Assembly (NCBI RefSeq): GCF_013365495.1
Contig: NZ_CP046580.1
Location: forward strand, 450,001 to 482,000
Length of the DNA: 32,000 nt
Reading direction: 5' to 3'
From: Candidatus Saccharimonadota bacterium
Lineage (GTDB): Bacteria; Pseudomonadota; Alphaproteobacteria; Rickettsiales; Anaplasmataceae
Position 1 is the stretch's first letter. The number at the start of each line of letters is the position of its first letter. This document shows positions 1-9,874 of this stretch, in pieces. The notes beneath the pieces were generated by a model. It was not told the DNA's origin. It saw only the letters and a program-made list of their open reading frames with translations, and searched no databases. Both the position numbers and the translations under genes were made by a program.

Positions 1-525
1 GTACTAATTTTTTGAAGGTTTATACTAAATCCTTTGAGTTATTAATTATATAAGACATAAAGATTTTTTAGTAGAGTTTTTTTCTATACTTATTTAAAAA
101 GATCAACAATTCCTCAGTTTTTATTATTAATAAGTTCTCTATCTTTTCTTTATAGAACAAAAAAGCAAATACTCCTATGAGAAAGGGATAAATATAAATA
201 TTGTCAACTATATTAATATTTAGGGTACTTTATAAAGTAATGAAAAAAATAGTAAAATTATTAAGCTTTTTATGAAATTCTGCTGCATTTTTTATATTAA
301 TCTTACTGTACAAAATATAAAATATGCTTTGAGACTTTTAATAAAACAGTATAGTGATTGTTGTTATCTAAAACAATTTTTTTAAGAATTTTCTCTAATG
401 CTCTTATTTTAAGCTTTTACTATTTATTAGTATAAAACTTAATTATATTTTCTTTAAAAGAAGAAAAATTATTTTATGAAAATAAATCAATGAACTTTTG
501 TAGTTTTATACAATATTAGCAAAAC

Positions 526-554
526 TTGACTTATACACTCTAAGTGCCTAAAAT
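526..554 (+). promoter_or_regulatory. candidate sigma-70-type promoter for secG-pyrG-tadA (TTGACT-N17-TAAAAT)
   Basis: TTGACT at 526-531, a 17-nt spacer at 532-548, and TAAAAT at 549-554, read directly. The element sits just upstream of the ATG at 577. -10-like hexamers are common in AT-rich DNA, so this is only a candidate. Confidence 0.35.
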
Positions 555-576
555 TTTTATTTTAGTCCTATTTATA

Positions 577-897
577 ATGTTAGTAACAATATTCAGTATA
601 CTACAGATAGTATTAGTGATCATTTTAGTAATTTTAGTTTTTCTGCGATCACCGAGAAATAACTCGCTAAGTGGTTTTAATAATTCACAACAAGGACTTA
701 ATGCAATGATTACAGTAAAATCTCCTACAGACTCGCTTAGCAAAATAACCACTATAGTCGTTGGGTTATTTATAATAAATACACTATTATTATCGGGATT
801 ATATTCAAAATATGTACATAAAAAATCAATTGCAGAGAAAATTTTATCAGAAAAGAAACAAAAAAATGAATCTACTTCAGTTCCTTTTGAAGATTAA
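577..897 (+). CDS. secG: preprotein translocase subunit SecG
   Basis: Small membrane protein with a hydrophobic helix ([21 protein letters not shown]), a polar Ser/Asn/Gly loop ([22 protein letters not shown]), and a second helix ([18 protein letters not shown]), which is the SecG layout. It lies directly upstream of pyrG. The longest ORF starts at GTG 544, but that codon falls inside the candidate promoter spacer. ATG 577 gives a first helix of about 22 residues before the polar loop, as in E. coli SecG. Confidence 0.8.
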   Translation: MLVTIFSILQIVLVIILVILVFLRSPRNNSLSGFNNSQQGLNAMITVKSPTDSLSKITTIVVGLFIINTLLLSGLYSKYVHKKSIAEKILSEKKQKNESTSVPFED

Positions 898-2507
898 TGA
901 AAGAAACTAAATTTATCTTTGTAACAGGTGGAGTTGTTTCATCACTTGGTAAAGGATTAGTTGCTTCAAGTATAGGTGCACTCCTTCAGGCTTATGATTT
1001 TAAAGTACGTATTAGAAAACTTGATCCATATTTAAATATTGATCCTGGAACAATGAACCCAATTCAGCATGGAGAAGTGTTTGTTACTGAAGATGGTGCA
1101 GAAACTGATTTGGATCTTGGGCATTATGAACGTTTTACTAGTATAAAAACAACCAAAGACGATAATATAACAACTGGTAAAATTTATTATGAGTTACTGA
1201 AAAAAGAGAGACGTGGTGATTATTTAGGTAAAACTGTACAAGTTATTCCTCATGTGATAGATTTAATTAAATCATTTATTTTTAACGGTACAGATGGCTT
1301 AGATTTTGTAATATGTGAAATAGGAGGGACTGTAGGTGATATTGAAAGTCAACCGTTTTTAGAAGCTATACGTCAAATTAGCTACAAGCTTGAAAAACAA
1401 AGAGTTATCCTTATTCATTTAACTTTAGTACCATATCTTACAGTAGCTCGAGAACAAAAAACAAAACCAACACAGCATTCGGTTAGAGAGTTAAACTTTG
1501 CAGGTTTACGGCCAGATATTATATTATGTCGTAGTGAAAAAAAAATTTCTGACAATCAAAAAAAGAAAATAGCTAATCTTTGTAATGTTTCTTTATCTAA
1601 TGTAATACCTGCTCCTGATGTAAATCATATATATAAGTTACCAATTCTATATAATCAATGTGGACTGGATACACAGGTCCTAGAACATTTTAGTTTGAGT
1701 AAACCACAACCGAACTTAACTGAATGGGACCAAATAGTACTCTCTATGAGAAAATCAATAGAGGAAATCACTGTATCTATAGTAGGAAAATACACTGAGT
1801 TTCCTGATGCGTATAAATCGTTAGTTGAAGCATTGAATCATGGTGCAATCAGCAATAAAGTTAGAGTAAAGATAAATTGGGTTAATTCAAGAAAGAAAAA
1901 TAAAGAAACTCTTGATGAAGAATTTATAAAAAAAAAGTTGCTGAATTCTCATTCAGTTCTCGTACCAGGAGGATTTGGCGACGATGGAGTGGAAGGTAAA
2001 ATATTAGCAATAAGCTATGCTCGCATGCATAATGTCCCATTTTTTGGAATATGTCTGGGTATGCAGCTTGCAGTTATTGAATTTGCTCGTAATGTAATTA
2101 AGCTTGAAGATGTACATTCTGAAGAATTTTGTATCTGTAAGCACCGAATTATTAAGCTAGCTAGTGGTAAAAATGTTGATACTGGTGGAAGCATGAGACT
2201 TGGAGCATACAAGTGTCATATAAAACAAAATTCTAAAATGGCACATATATATGGTAATACAACTATCTCAGAAAGGCATAGGCATAGGTATATAGTTAAT
2301 TTAGATTATAAAGATGATTTAGAAAAAAACGGGCTGACATGCAGCTGCATGTCAGAAGATGGTACATGTATAGAAGCAGTAATGTTAGAAAGTCATCCAT
2401 GGTTTATCGGTGTGCAATTCCATCCAGAATTTCAATCAAAGCCATTTTCTCCTCATCCTCTTTTTATATCTTTTATTGAAGCAGCAGTTAATAGAATTAA
2501 AAAGTAA
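897..2507 (+). CDS. pyrG: CTP synthase (glutamine-hydrolysing)
   Basis: N-terminal [13 protein letters not shown] synthetase motif, [20 protein letters not shown] (amidotransferase Cys), RHRHRY and FHPEF. Length is 536 aa. The ATG overlaps the secG stop (TAATG at 895-899). Confidence 0.97.
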   Translation: MKETKFIFVTGGVVSSLGKGLVASSIGALLQAYDFKVRIRKLDPYLNIDPGTMNPIQHGEVFVTEDGAETDLDLGHYERFTSIKTTKDDNITTGKIYYELLKKERRGDYLGKTVQVIPHVIDLIKSFIFNGTDGLDFVICEIGGTVGDIESQPFLEAIRQISYKLEKQRVILIHLTLVPYLTVAREQKTKPTQHSVRELNFAGLRPDIILCRSEKKISDNQKKKIANLCNVSLSNVIPAPDVNHIYKLPILYNQCGLDTQVLEHFSLSKPQPNLTEWDQIVLSMRKSIEEITVSIVGKYTEFPDAYKSLVEALNHGAISNKVRVKINWVNSRKKNKETLDEEFIKKKLLNSHSVLVPGGFGDDGVEGKILAISYARMHNVPFFGICLGMQLAVIEFARNVIKLEDVHSEEFCICKHRIIKLASGKNVDTGGSMRLGAYKCHIKQNSKMAHIYGNTTISERHRHRYIVNLDYKDDLEKNGLTCSCMSEDGTCIEAVMLESHPWFIGVQFHPEFQSKPFSPHPLFISFIEAAVNRIKK

Positions 2508-2537
2508 AACTAACAAAGAGTGTTTAAGTATCGATAC

Positions 2538-2978
2538 ATGGAGCTTGCTATAGAACAAGCAAAACTTGCTCAAAAAAATGATGAAATTCCCATAGGGGCC
2601 GTAATGGTGAATAAAAGTGATATTATTTCTTTTGCACACAATATGTATTGTGATCCAACTGCACATGCAGAGATGTTAGCAATTAGACAAGCATGTAAAT
2701 TGCTTTTAACACCTATACTTTGTAATGTTGATATGTATGTAACATTAGAGCCATGCTCAATGTGTGCTCAGGCCATTTCTTTTGCAAGAGTTAGAAGAGT
2801 ATATTTTGGAGCCTATAATTCTAAAGGCGGAGGAATAGAAAACGGTGCCAAAGTATTTCAATTTTGTAAATATGTACCTGAAGTTTATGGTGGAATATTA
2901 GAAACAGAATGTTCTTTTTTATTACAGAATTTTTTTAAAAAGTTAAGAATTAAGTCTAGATTTAGTAATTTTTATTAA
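2538..2978 (+). CDS. tadA: tRNA-specific adenosine deaminase (CDA-fold zinc deaminase)
   Basis: HAE (TAHAEMLAI) and PCSMCAQA zinc-binding motifs with TadA-like spacing and size. The ORF track starts at GTG 2520. ATG 2538 (MELAIEQAK...) is the more typical N-terminus. Confidence 0.9.
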   Translation: MELAIEQAKLAQKNDEIPIGAVMVNKSDIISFAHNMYCDPTAHAEMLAIRQACKLLLTPILCNVDMYVTLEPCSMCAQAISFARVRRVYFGAYNSKGGGIENGAKVFQFCKYVPEVYGGILETECSFLLQNFFKKLRIKSRFSNFY

Positions 2979-3141
2979 ATTAATCTGTTAGTATGTACAC
3001 TGTTGGTTAGATAATTTTATTAACTTAGAAATAGTAATAGTTTTATACCATTATCTCTTTTTATTCAAATGAAACTATCCAAAGTATCATAATTTGCTTC
3101 ATTAATTACCTATAACCCTTTTGTTATTGTTATTTTTTTTT

Positions 3142-3168
3142 GAAGCAGTCATTCTGCTTCCTTTTTTT
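3142..3168 (+). terminator. rho-independent terminator-like hairpin, probably ending the secG-pyrG-tadA transcript
   Basis: GAAGCAG (3142-3148), loop tcatt, CTGCTTC (3154-3160), then C plus a T7 run (3162-3168). It is 164 nt downstream of the tadA stop, and the T-run is correct only for the + strand. Confidence 0.5.
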
Positions 3169-4330
3169 ATGTTCTTTTGTAAATTTAATTACTGTTGCTC
3201 TACCTACCATCCTATTTTATTTGAAAAAATTCAAGTAGTTCAATGAATATAAATTCAAAATTTTATAAAAGTCATGCTTATGATTTTATACCTTTTTATA
3301 GGTAGTGTACGATGTAGTATACGATATTTTTATCAAAATAAAATATAATCTCAGATTTGAGTAAGGAAGTTTTTATAAATTAGTCATACTAGATATTTTA
3401 ATAACTAAGAGAGTAATAAAGAATAGTTTTCAAGCTTTTATTATATAAAAATTTTCACTTTATACTCGAGATACATTCTGTTTGATAGTAATATAATATA
3501 TCGCTTTAAAACAGGTTTTTATAGGTTCTATCATTAATCTTTAAAGCTAATTAAGTTTGTTATTTTAGTACATTTGAATAAAGTCTTATTAAAAGATTAA
3601 AGTTGGCAAGTTTGACAGTATAACCAACTTTATGATTACAATGTTAAATTTTATTGTTGTTTTTTCTACATTAAAATATGTTTTACTTTTTATTTATCTC
3701 TTAATTTAGGAACATAATAATTATTCTCTGATTAGAAGCATATAGAACAGTCAGTTTAGTGCAAAATTATTTTAAATCAAGATATTTTCAATTTTTCTTG
3801 ATAAAAATTTATTTTTTTTAAAAGATTTTTATATTATTTTTATATTAAATATTATTTATACTTTTTTTTTAAAAAAAATTAATTATTTAGCTAATATTCT
3901 TAATACCGTCAAAACGTTAATTTGTCCTCATAAACTTGCCTTTATTTAGAAATAATAACTTTAACTCATTTCTTTTGCAGAACTATTTTATGTTGCCTTA
4001 AGTAATTTTATTAACCTTTATTTATTTAATGAGCTTATATACTTTAAAAATATTTAAACTTTCTGAAGACTGTTTTTATTGATAGCATTATTAATATATT
4101 AAAATCTTCATTTTATTAAATTTGTCGCTGCTAAAAGTGCCTTTTTATAAGAATTGGTTTCTTTAAATATTATACAGCACAACTTGATAGAGTATTTAAA
4201 GATAATACTTTGATACTAACTTTGATCTTTCTTATAAACTAGATAATAATTCTTTAAATGATACATTACTAATAGTGCAGGGAGGAAGCTTTTAAATACA
4301 ATATTTTCAAGTAAGACAATATGTTTGTCT

Positions 4331-4353
4331 GCTCTTTAATTCAGAGCTTTTTT
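4331..4353 (+). terminator. orphan terminator-like hairpin plus T-run in the tadA-glpX spacer
   Basis: GCTCT (4331-4335), loop ttaattc, AGAGC (4343-4347), then T6 (4348-4353). A second hairpin, AGACAA-tatgt-TTGTCT (4314-4330), comes immediately before it. No annotated ORF lies upstream for it to terminate. Confidence 0.35.
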
Positions 4354-4549
4354 ATAAAAATTTTTATACTATACTTTAACAAGTATGAATTATAATTTCT
4401 TTATTTTTCGCAAACTACATTATTAATTATGTAAATTTTACTGCACGTTACTATATTTATTATTATAGTAATTTTTATATAATCGATCATACAATCTTGT
4501 AATATCATATACATAATAATATATTAAACTTGTGATTATTAAATAAGTG

Positions 4550-5494
4550 ATGAAAAATCTAGCTTATAAATTAGTTAAAGTGACAGAAGCTGCAGCACTT
4601 GCTGCACATAAGTTGGTAGGTTTAGGTTATAAAAGAAAAGCTGATAAAGCTGCTGTTGATGCGATGCGAGAAGCATTTAATTCTATAGAAATAAATGGCA
4701 CAATTGTGATTAGTGAAGGTGAGAGAGATAAAGCGCCAATGTTATACATTGGGGAGAAGGTCGGTACAGGGAACGGTCCCGAAATTGATATTGCTGTTGA
4801 TCCACTCGAAGGTACTGAAATTTGTGCTTATTATAAACAAGGAGCAATGTCAGTTCTTGCTGCAACAAAAAAGGGTAATTTTTTGCATGCTCCTGATGTT
4901 TATATGGAGAAAATAGCAGTGGGAAAGAACCTTCCAGAAGGCGTAGTTTCATTAAAAAATAGTGTTGAAGAAAACTTGGATAATTTAGCCAAGGCAAAAG
5001 GCTGTAAGATAAGTAATTTAGTAGTAACCGTACTTAGACGTGAAAGACACAGTGAATTAATAACTAGAATGAGGAAATTGAAAGTAAAAATTAAACTCAT
5101 AGATGATGGTGATATTACTGCTGTAGTTTCACTAATAAATGGCAATCATGATATGTATATTGGGATAGGGGGAGCACCAGAAGGAGTGTTAACAGCTGCA
5201 GCACTCAGTTCAATTGGTGGACAGATAGAAGGGAGATTGATATTTGATACAGATCAGTTAAAAGAAAGAGCAAAAAGTTTGAATATTGATGATTTAGAAA
5301 GAATTTATACTATAAAAGATATGGTAAAGAGTAAATCAGTATTTATTGTGACTGGAGTAACAAATGGGGAACTCGTAAATGGAATTCACTTTGATCATGA
5401 TACTTGCTCGATTAATTCTTTAATTATTTTACCTAACATACTGATAAAATTGCAAACAATACAAAATTTATGTAGTGCATGTTCAATATATTAA
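4550..5494 (+). CDS. glpX: class II fructose-1,6-bisphosphatase (GlpX type)
   Basis: The N-terminus LVKVTEAAALAAHKLVGLGYKRKADKAAVDAMR, the DIAVDPLEGT metal-binding motif and GIGGAPEGVLTAAAL are typical GlpX signatures. GTG 544-style ambiguity applies here too: GTG 4547 and ATG 4550 are adjacent possible starts. Confidence 0.93.
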   Translation: MKNLAYKLVKVTEAAALAAHKLVGLGYKRKADKAAVDAMREAFNSIEINGTIVISEGERDKAPMLYIGEKVGTGNGPEIDIAVDPLEGTEICAYYKQGAMSVLAATKKGNFLHAPDVYMEKIAVGKNLPEGVVSLKNSVEENLDNLAKAKGCKISNLVVTVLRRERHSELITRMRKLKVKIKLIDDGDITAVVSLINGNHDMYIGIGGAPEGVLTAAALSSIGGQIEGRLIFDTDQLKERAKSLNIDDLERIYTIKDMVKSKSVFIVTGVTNGELVNGIHFDHDTCSINSLIILPNILIKLQTIQNLCSACSIY

Positions 5495-6456
5495 TGCAAA
5501 TATATTACTTATTATTTAATAGTTTAGGGTAATGTAATATTGAATCATTGGAATATTCTTCAGAAAAATTAATTATATAATAAACTTTTTAAAATAATAT
5601 AAGTTCGATGATATTAAATTGTTTATACTGATGTTTCATAATAATGAATCAAGAAAGATTTATTGAAAATATTAGCAAGATATTGCAAAAAAAATACTTT
5701 TCTTTTTCAGGTATTAAAATGGTTAAAGAATTATCTATGGTATAATTAAGTAAAAATGTAATTTTAAATTGAAAAGCATTTATTATGAAAATAATACCTT
5801 TTTGAATGGTTAACATGGGGTGTGATATATAAAAATTTCTGATAAGTTTTCTTATACATAATTTAAATTATTTTATTAATAATCTTAAGCAATTTGGATT
5901 AAATTTATATTTTTATAAAAACTTCATACTAACTATATTAAACTAGAAAATTTTATAAAGTAACAGCTTTTTTAAAAAAAGTTAAAAGAATGAAATAAAA
6001 AAACAAAATGAAAACATGTTATATGATTATTGAAAATAGTAATAATTTAAAAAATTAAATAATGAGAAATTATCACTTTACAAAATTTATGCAGTATATC
6101 ACTTAATTAAGTGTATTAAGATAATCTTGAAAAGGTTTTATGTACTCTTCTGTTATTTTAATGTAAATTCTAGTTTAATTAATGTAATAAAGTAAGTTTT
6201 TGATAAAAAAATATGACTTAAAAATATTTTAAATTAAGTTTATAAAATGAACTTATTTATAAAGTTTGCAGAAGTTTTAAGAAATATCTAAAATAATGTT
6301 ATACTATAGTAATATGCAGAAAAAGATATGTTTTTTATAAAAAATTATCACTGTATTTGACTTTAATATATAATCTTCTAAATTAGAGTAACTATAGAAA
6401 TTAGAGTTTTCTTCTTAAAAAAAAGGCTTTCTTTGATATAAAGAAAATTAGATCAA

Positions 6457-7551
6457 CTATATATTGAACTTAAAATGTATTATATCTCCATCTTGCACAA
6501 TATAATCTCTACCTTCAAAGCGAATTCTCCCTGCGTTTTTACAAGATGCTTTACTTCCATATTTTATATAGTCTATAAAGCTTATAGTTTCTGCTTTTAT
6601 GAAACCTTTTTTAAAATCACTGTGAATGATTCCTGCTGCTTTATCAGCTGTTAATCCTATTCTTATTGGCCAAGCACGTACTTCTTTTGGCTCTATAGTA
6701 AAGAAAGTTATCATATTTAACATTTCATGTATAATACACGCTATTTTATCAAGTCCTGATTCTTGTAAGCCATACTTTAATAAAAAACTTTGTTTTTCTT
6801 TTTCATTTTTGAGATTTGCAATATCTGCTTCAAGTTTTGCTGAAATACAATAGAATTTACTTTTATTTTTTTCTGCTATTTTTTCCACCTTTTTAGATAG
6901 CTCATTACCAGTTATTATACTCGTGTCTTCTACATTACAAACGTACATAACTGGTTTTGTCGTTAGCAATTCAAGCAATTTTATTTCAGCTTCATCTGTA
7001 TTTCTTAAACTTCTTGCAGGTTTGCCTAGTTTTAAAACAGCTAAAACTTTCTGCATTAAATCAACCTGTTTCTTTAGCTCTTTATTGCCTAGTTTTACTT
7101 TTTTTTCTAGTTTAAACAGTCTATTTTCTATACTATTAATATCAGCCAAGATTAATTCCATCTCTACTACTCCGGCATCTGATATTGGATCTATTTTATT
7201 ATAGATGTGGCTAATGTTTCTGTCTGTAAAACATCTAAGTAGATGAATGATAACATCAACTTTCCTAATATAATTTAGAAACTTATTACCAAGTCCTTCA
7301 CCCTTGCTTGCACCTTTTACTAGCCCTGCGATATCTATAACTTCTAATTGATTATAGATTATTTTTTTTGAACCAGTCATTACTGCAATTTTCTTTAAAC
7401 GCTGATCTTTTATTAGCATCTTTCCAATATTAGGTTCGATTGTGCAGAAAGGATAATTTGCAGCTTCAGCTATGTTCGATTGTGTAAGTGCATTAAATAA
7501 AGTTGATTTTCCTATGTTGGGTAACCCTATTATACCACAGTTAAAGCTCAT
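6457..7551 (-). CDS. ychF: redox-regulated ATPase YchF (Obg-family ribosome-binding ATPase)
   Basis: GIIGLPNIGKSTLFNALT P-loop, DIAGLVKGASKGEGLGN, and a C-terminal TGS-like end (RFEGRDYIVQDGDIIHFKFN). Length is 364 aa. Confidence 0.95.
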   Translation of the reverse strand: MSFNCGIIGLPNIGKSTLFNALTQSNIAEAANYPFCTIEPNIGKMLIKDQRLKKIAVMTGSKKIIYNQLEVIDIAGLVKGASKGEGLGNKFLNYIRKVDVIIHLLRCFTDRNISHIYNKIDPISDAGVVEMELILADINSIENRLFKLEKKVKLGNKELKKQVDLMQKVLAVLKLGKPARSLRNTDEAEIKLLELLTTKPVMYVCNVEDTSIITGNELSKKVEKIAEKNKSKFYCISAKLEADIANLKNEKEKQSFLLKYGLQESGLDKIACIIHEMLNMITFFTIEPKEVRAWPIRIGLTADKAAGIIHSDFKKGFIKAETISFIDYIKYGSKASCKNAGRIRFEGRDYIVQDGDIIHFKFNI

Positions 7552-8599
7552 ATTTGTTATGAAAATAAATAATCATAGTATAATCTAAAAAATTTTGCTA
7601 TACATAAGCTATTTTATTAAATGAAATAATCTATAGCTTTATATTAGAAGAGAAATTTACCACTATAGTTGATAAATAAAGCGCTTAAGTAGTTAAGAAA
7701 ATAAAAGTACAAAAAGATAAAAAATTTGAAGTAGAGGGCTTTTTAAAAAAGAAGCTTACATTCTCTAGGTAAAGTTTATATAGAGAAAAAGTAATTCTTA
7801 ATAAAGAGCTGCTTTTTTGTTTATTTAGATAAAGTTTAAAATAAAAAATAGAACATAAATTATTATAGAGTAATCAAGAAATAATTAATGCAATTGTAAT
7901 GCTGAGTAAGTATTATTAGATTTGTGGATCTTAAAGCTACTAATTATAATATGTCTATACCACTGAAAAATGAGCTTATACTATTTTAACATTGAGAGTA
8001 ATAACTTTCCATAAGCATTATATACATTAAATAAGTATATTATAAAAGAAAGTTTCGGCAAATAAGGTGTTTATTTTCTATTAATTGATAATGTTGTACA
8101 AGTTTAAAAATGTAGAGATATTAAGTTAATTGCAACGATAATGATGTTTTATATGTTAATGAATAAAGTGATTTGACCTGAGCTATTGTTTTATTAAGAA
8201 AAAATTTTTGATAAGGCAAAAGTAAAATAATTTACTATACAAAAAAAAATTTCAATTGAATATAGATCTGAGTATATTAAACACAAGTATTTATTATGTT
8301 TGACTTATCATTTCAAAAAGAAAGGTTAAGATATTAAGAAATGTTGCAAAAAATATTAATAAGAAATAGATTATATTACCTATAATAATAGGTGGAATAA
8401 AATATGTATAAAGCTCTGAAAAGAAAAATTTTAAAGTTTTTATGATATAATGCATATGGAAAAACTCAAAGGATAACCTTAGTGTTTACAAGTACAAATG
8501 CTTTATAGAAGATCTTTATACCTTAGTGTATTTTATTATATGGTCTTTTTTATAGGTACTTTATAATACGAAATATAAGCATAATATTTAATAATTTAA

Positions 8600-9874
8600 A
8601 TGCAAGTTGATCATGAAACCAGCATAATAATTAATGCCATAGAGAAGTTTGGAGGTGAAATAAGACTTGTTGGTGGATGTGTGAGAGATTCAATTTTACA
8701 GCGTGATGTTCATGACATCGATTTAGCCACTAATCTATCTCCTGATCGAGTAATTAAAGCTCTTGAATTACATAGTATAAAAGCTATTCCAACTGGATTA
8801 AAACATGGAACTGTTACTGCAATTTTAAATAAGAGATCCTTTGAGATTACAACATTAAGATATGATATTAAATGTGATGGTAGACATGCAAAAGTAAAGT
8901 TTACTAATAATTGGAAAGATGATGCTTCAAGGCGTGACTTTACATTTAATGCTTTGTATATGGATAAGTATGGTTGTATATATGACTACTTTGGTGGTAT
9001 TCAAGATTTAAAAGCACAGAAATTAAATTTTATAGGCAATGCTGAAGGTAGAATCAAGGAAGATTACTTGCGTATTTTAAGAGTGTTTCGTTTTCATGCT
9101 AAAATATGTATTAAAGACTTAAGTGATGAAATATTGGATGTATGCAAAAAATATTCGCATATGATTTCAAATCTTTCTGGAGAAAGAATAAGAGAAGAAA
9201 TGTTTAAGTTATTGGAGTGCAATAATCCAGTTCCAGCTCTTAAAAGCATGCAAAAATCTAATATTTTACAAAAAATTATTCCAAAGGAAGTAAAGTGTGA
9301 AATTCTATCTTCACCATTTCTTGTCAAGACTCAATCTGTTACAAAATCATCTATTACTTCGGTACGTAATGCTATGATTCATACATCTCTCTCAGATTCT
9401 AGTGTGAGCTATTTCAATGTTAAACCAATTGACGCACTGACAAAATTGGCACTGCTTCTTAGGACTACTAAAAAAAATGATAAGGTAAGTCTTGGAGAAG
9501 ATATAAGCAGGTTTTTACGTCTTTCGAATAAACAAAAGAAAAAGCTATTGTTTTTATTGTCTAATAATATTAAAACAGAGCTTTCAGAGAAAAAACAAAA
9601 GAAATATATATCTTTTTTTGGCAAAGAATTATATTGTGATTTAGTGAAAATTTATGGCGTTGAGTCTGGGAAAAATGTTGATAAGTATATTGAGTTTACC
9701 AAGATATTTAATATCCCAAAATTTCCTTTATCTGGCGATGATTTGATAAGTATAGGTCAACATCCAGGAAAAAATTTAGGTAGAAACTTAGAGCTGTTAA
9801 AACAACGTTGGGAAAACAGCTCCCATTCCTTAACAAAAGAAGAGTTGTTACTTTATGCTAAAGATTTGCTTTAG
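8600..9874 (+). CDS. cca: tRNA nucleotidyltransferase / poly(A) polymerase family protein (CCA-adding type)
   Basis: GGCVRD...DIDLAT nucleotidyltransferase head motif, the RRDFTFNALY motif and EDYLRILRVFRF. Assignment to CCA-adding rather than poly(A) polymerase activity is not decidable from sequence alone. Confidence 0.8.
   Translation: MQVDHETSIIINAIEKFGGEIRLVGGCVRDSILQRDVHDIDLATNLSPDRVIKALELHSIKAIPTGLKHGTVTAILNKRSFEITTLRYDIKCDGRHAKVKFTNNWKDDASRRDFTFNALYMDKYGCIYDYFGGIQDLKAQKLNFIGNAEGRIKEDYLRILRVFRFHAKICIKDLSDEILDVCKKYSHMISNLSGERIREEMFKLLECNNPVPALKSMQKSNILQKIIPKEVKCEILSSPFLVKTQSVTKSSITSVRNAMIHTSLSDSSVSYFNVKPIDALTKLALLLRTTKKNDKVSLGEDISRFLRLSNKQKKKLLFLLSNNIKTELSEKKQKKYISFFGKELYCDLVKIYGVESGKNVDKYIEFTKIFNIPKFPLSGDDLISIGQHPGKNLGRNLELLKQRWENSSHSLTKEELLLYAKDLL

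Noticed and set aside
540-752. 70-aa minus-strand ORF overlapping secG
   Set aside because: It is antisense shadow of a recognisable gene and has no recognisable motifs. The same reasoning applies to 2015-2212 and 2436-2666, which are antisense to pyrG/tadA.
3293-3304. Shared words between spacers: TTTTTATAGGT at 3293, 3516 and 8546; GGTACTTTATAA at 224 and 8555; AGTAACGTAA at 23959 and 24392; ACCTTAGTGT at 8477 and 8520
   Set aside because: A back-of-envelope calculation for this composition predicts many such 10-12-mer coincidences among 11 kb of spacers. None extends into a longer alignment by eye.
3302-3325. Short tandem duplications: GTAGTGTACGAT/GTAGTATACGAT (3302-3325), ATTTTTATATT x2 (3825-3846) and TGGATA x2 (21201-21212)
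   Set aside because: Each has only two copies, with short or low-complexity units. This is consistent with slippage noise and does not resemble the multi-copy tandem arrays described for Ehrlichia.
4280-4289. GGGAGGAAGC patch, superficially like the GGAAGGAAGCAGC core of SRP (4.5S) RNA
   Set aside because: The complementary 3' half (AGCAGC side) is absent, there is no GC-rich helix 8 context, and the flanks are A/T-rich and cannot form the conserved SRP hairpin.
4710-5145. Three ORFs (4710-4997 minus, 4713-4916 plus, 4900-5145 minus) inside glpX
   Set aside because: All lie within the well-supported glpX frame, either on the opposite strand or in an alternative frame. Their low-complexity translations have no family motifs.
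5644-5745. 33-codon ATG ORF (MNQERFIENISKILQKKYFSFSGIKMVKELSMV) in the glpX-ychF spacer
   Set aside because: It is protein-like but too short, has no SD and no recognisable family. It could be a relic N-terminus, but I cannot support that without a database search.
6100-6113. Perfect 14-bp palindrome CACTTAATTAAGTG, and nearby TATCACTT repeats (6071, 6097)
   Set aside because: Palindromes with 7-bp arms are expected a few times by chance in these spacers, and the context is uninformative.
6626-7204. Plus-strand ORFs 6626-6853 and 6923-7204
   Set aside because: They are antisense shadows of ychF. Similar shadows are rejected inside cca (9094-9327, 9409-9624), purA (15624-15812), dnaA (19101-19385), ubiD (22453-22656, 22874-23083), sucA (25060-25269), lpdA (28220-28414, 28505-28876) and gshB (30999-31202).
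7921-7931. TGTGGATC, a 7-of-9 match to a DnaA box (reverse complement aGATCCACA)
   Set aside because: It is a single isolated copy 11 kb from dnaA with no cluster or adjacent AT-rich unwinding repeats beyond background. It is not evidence for oriC.
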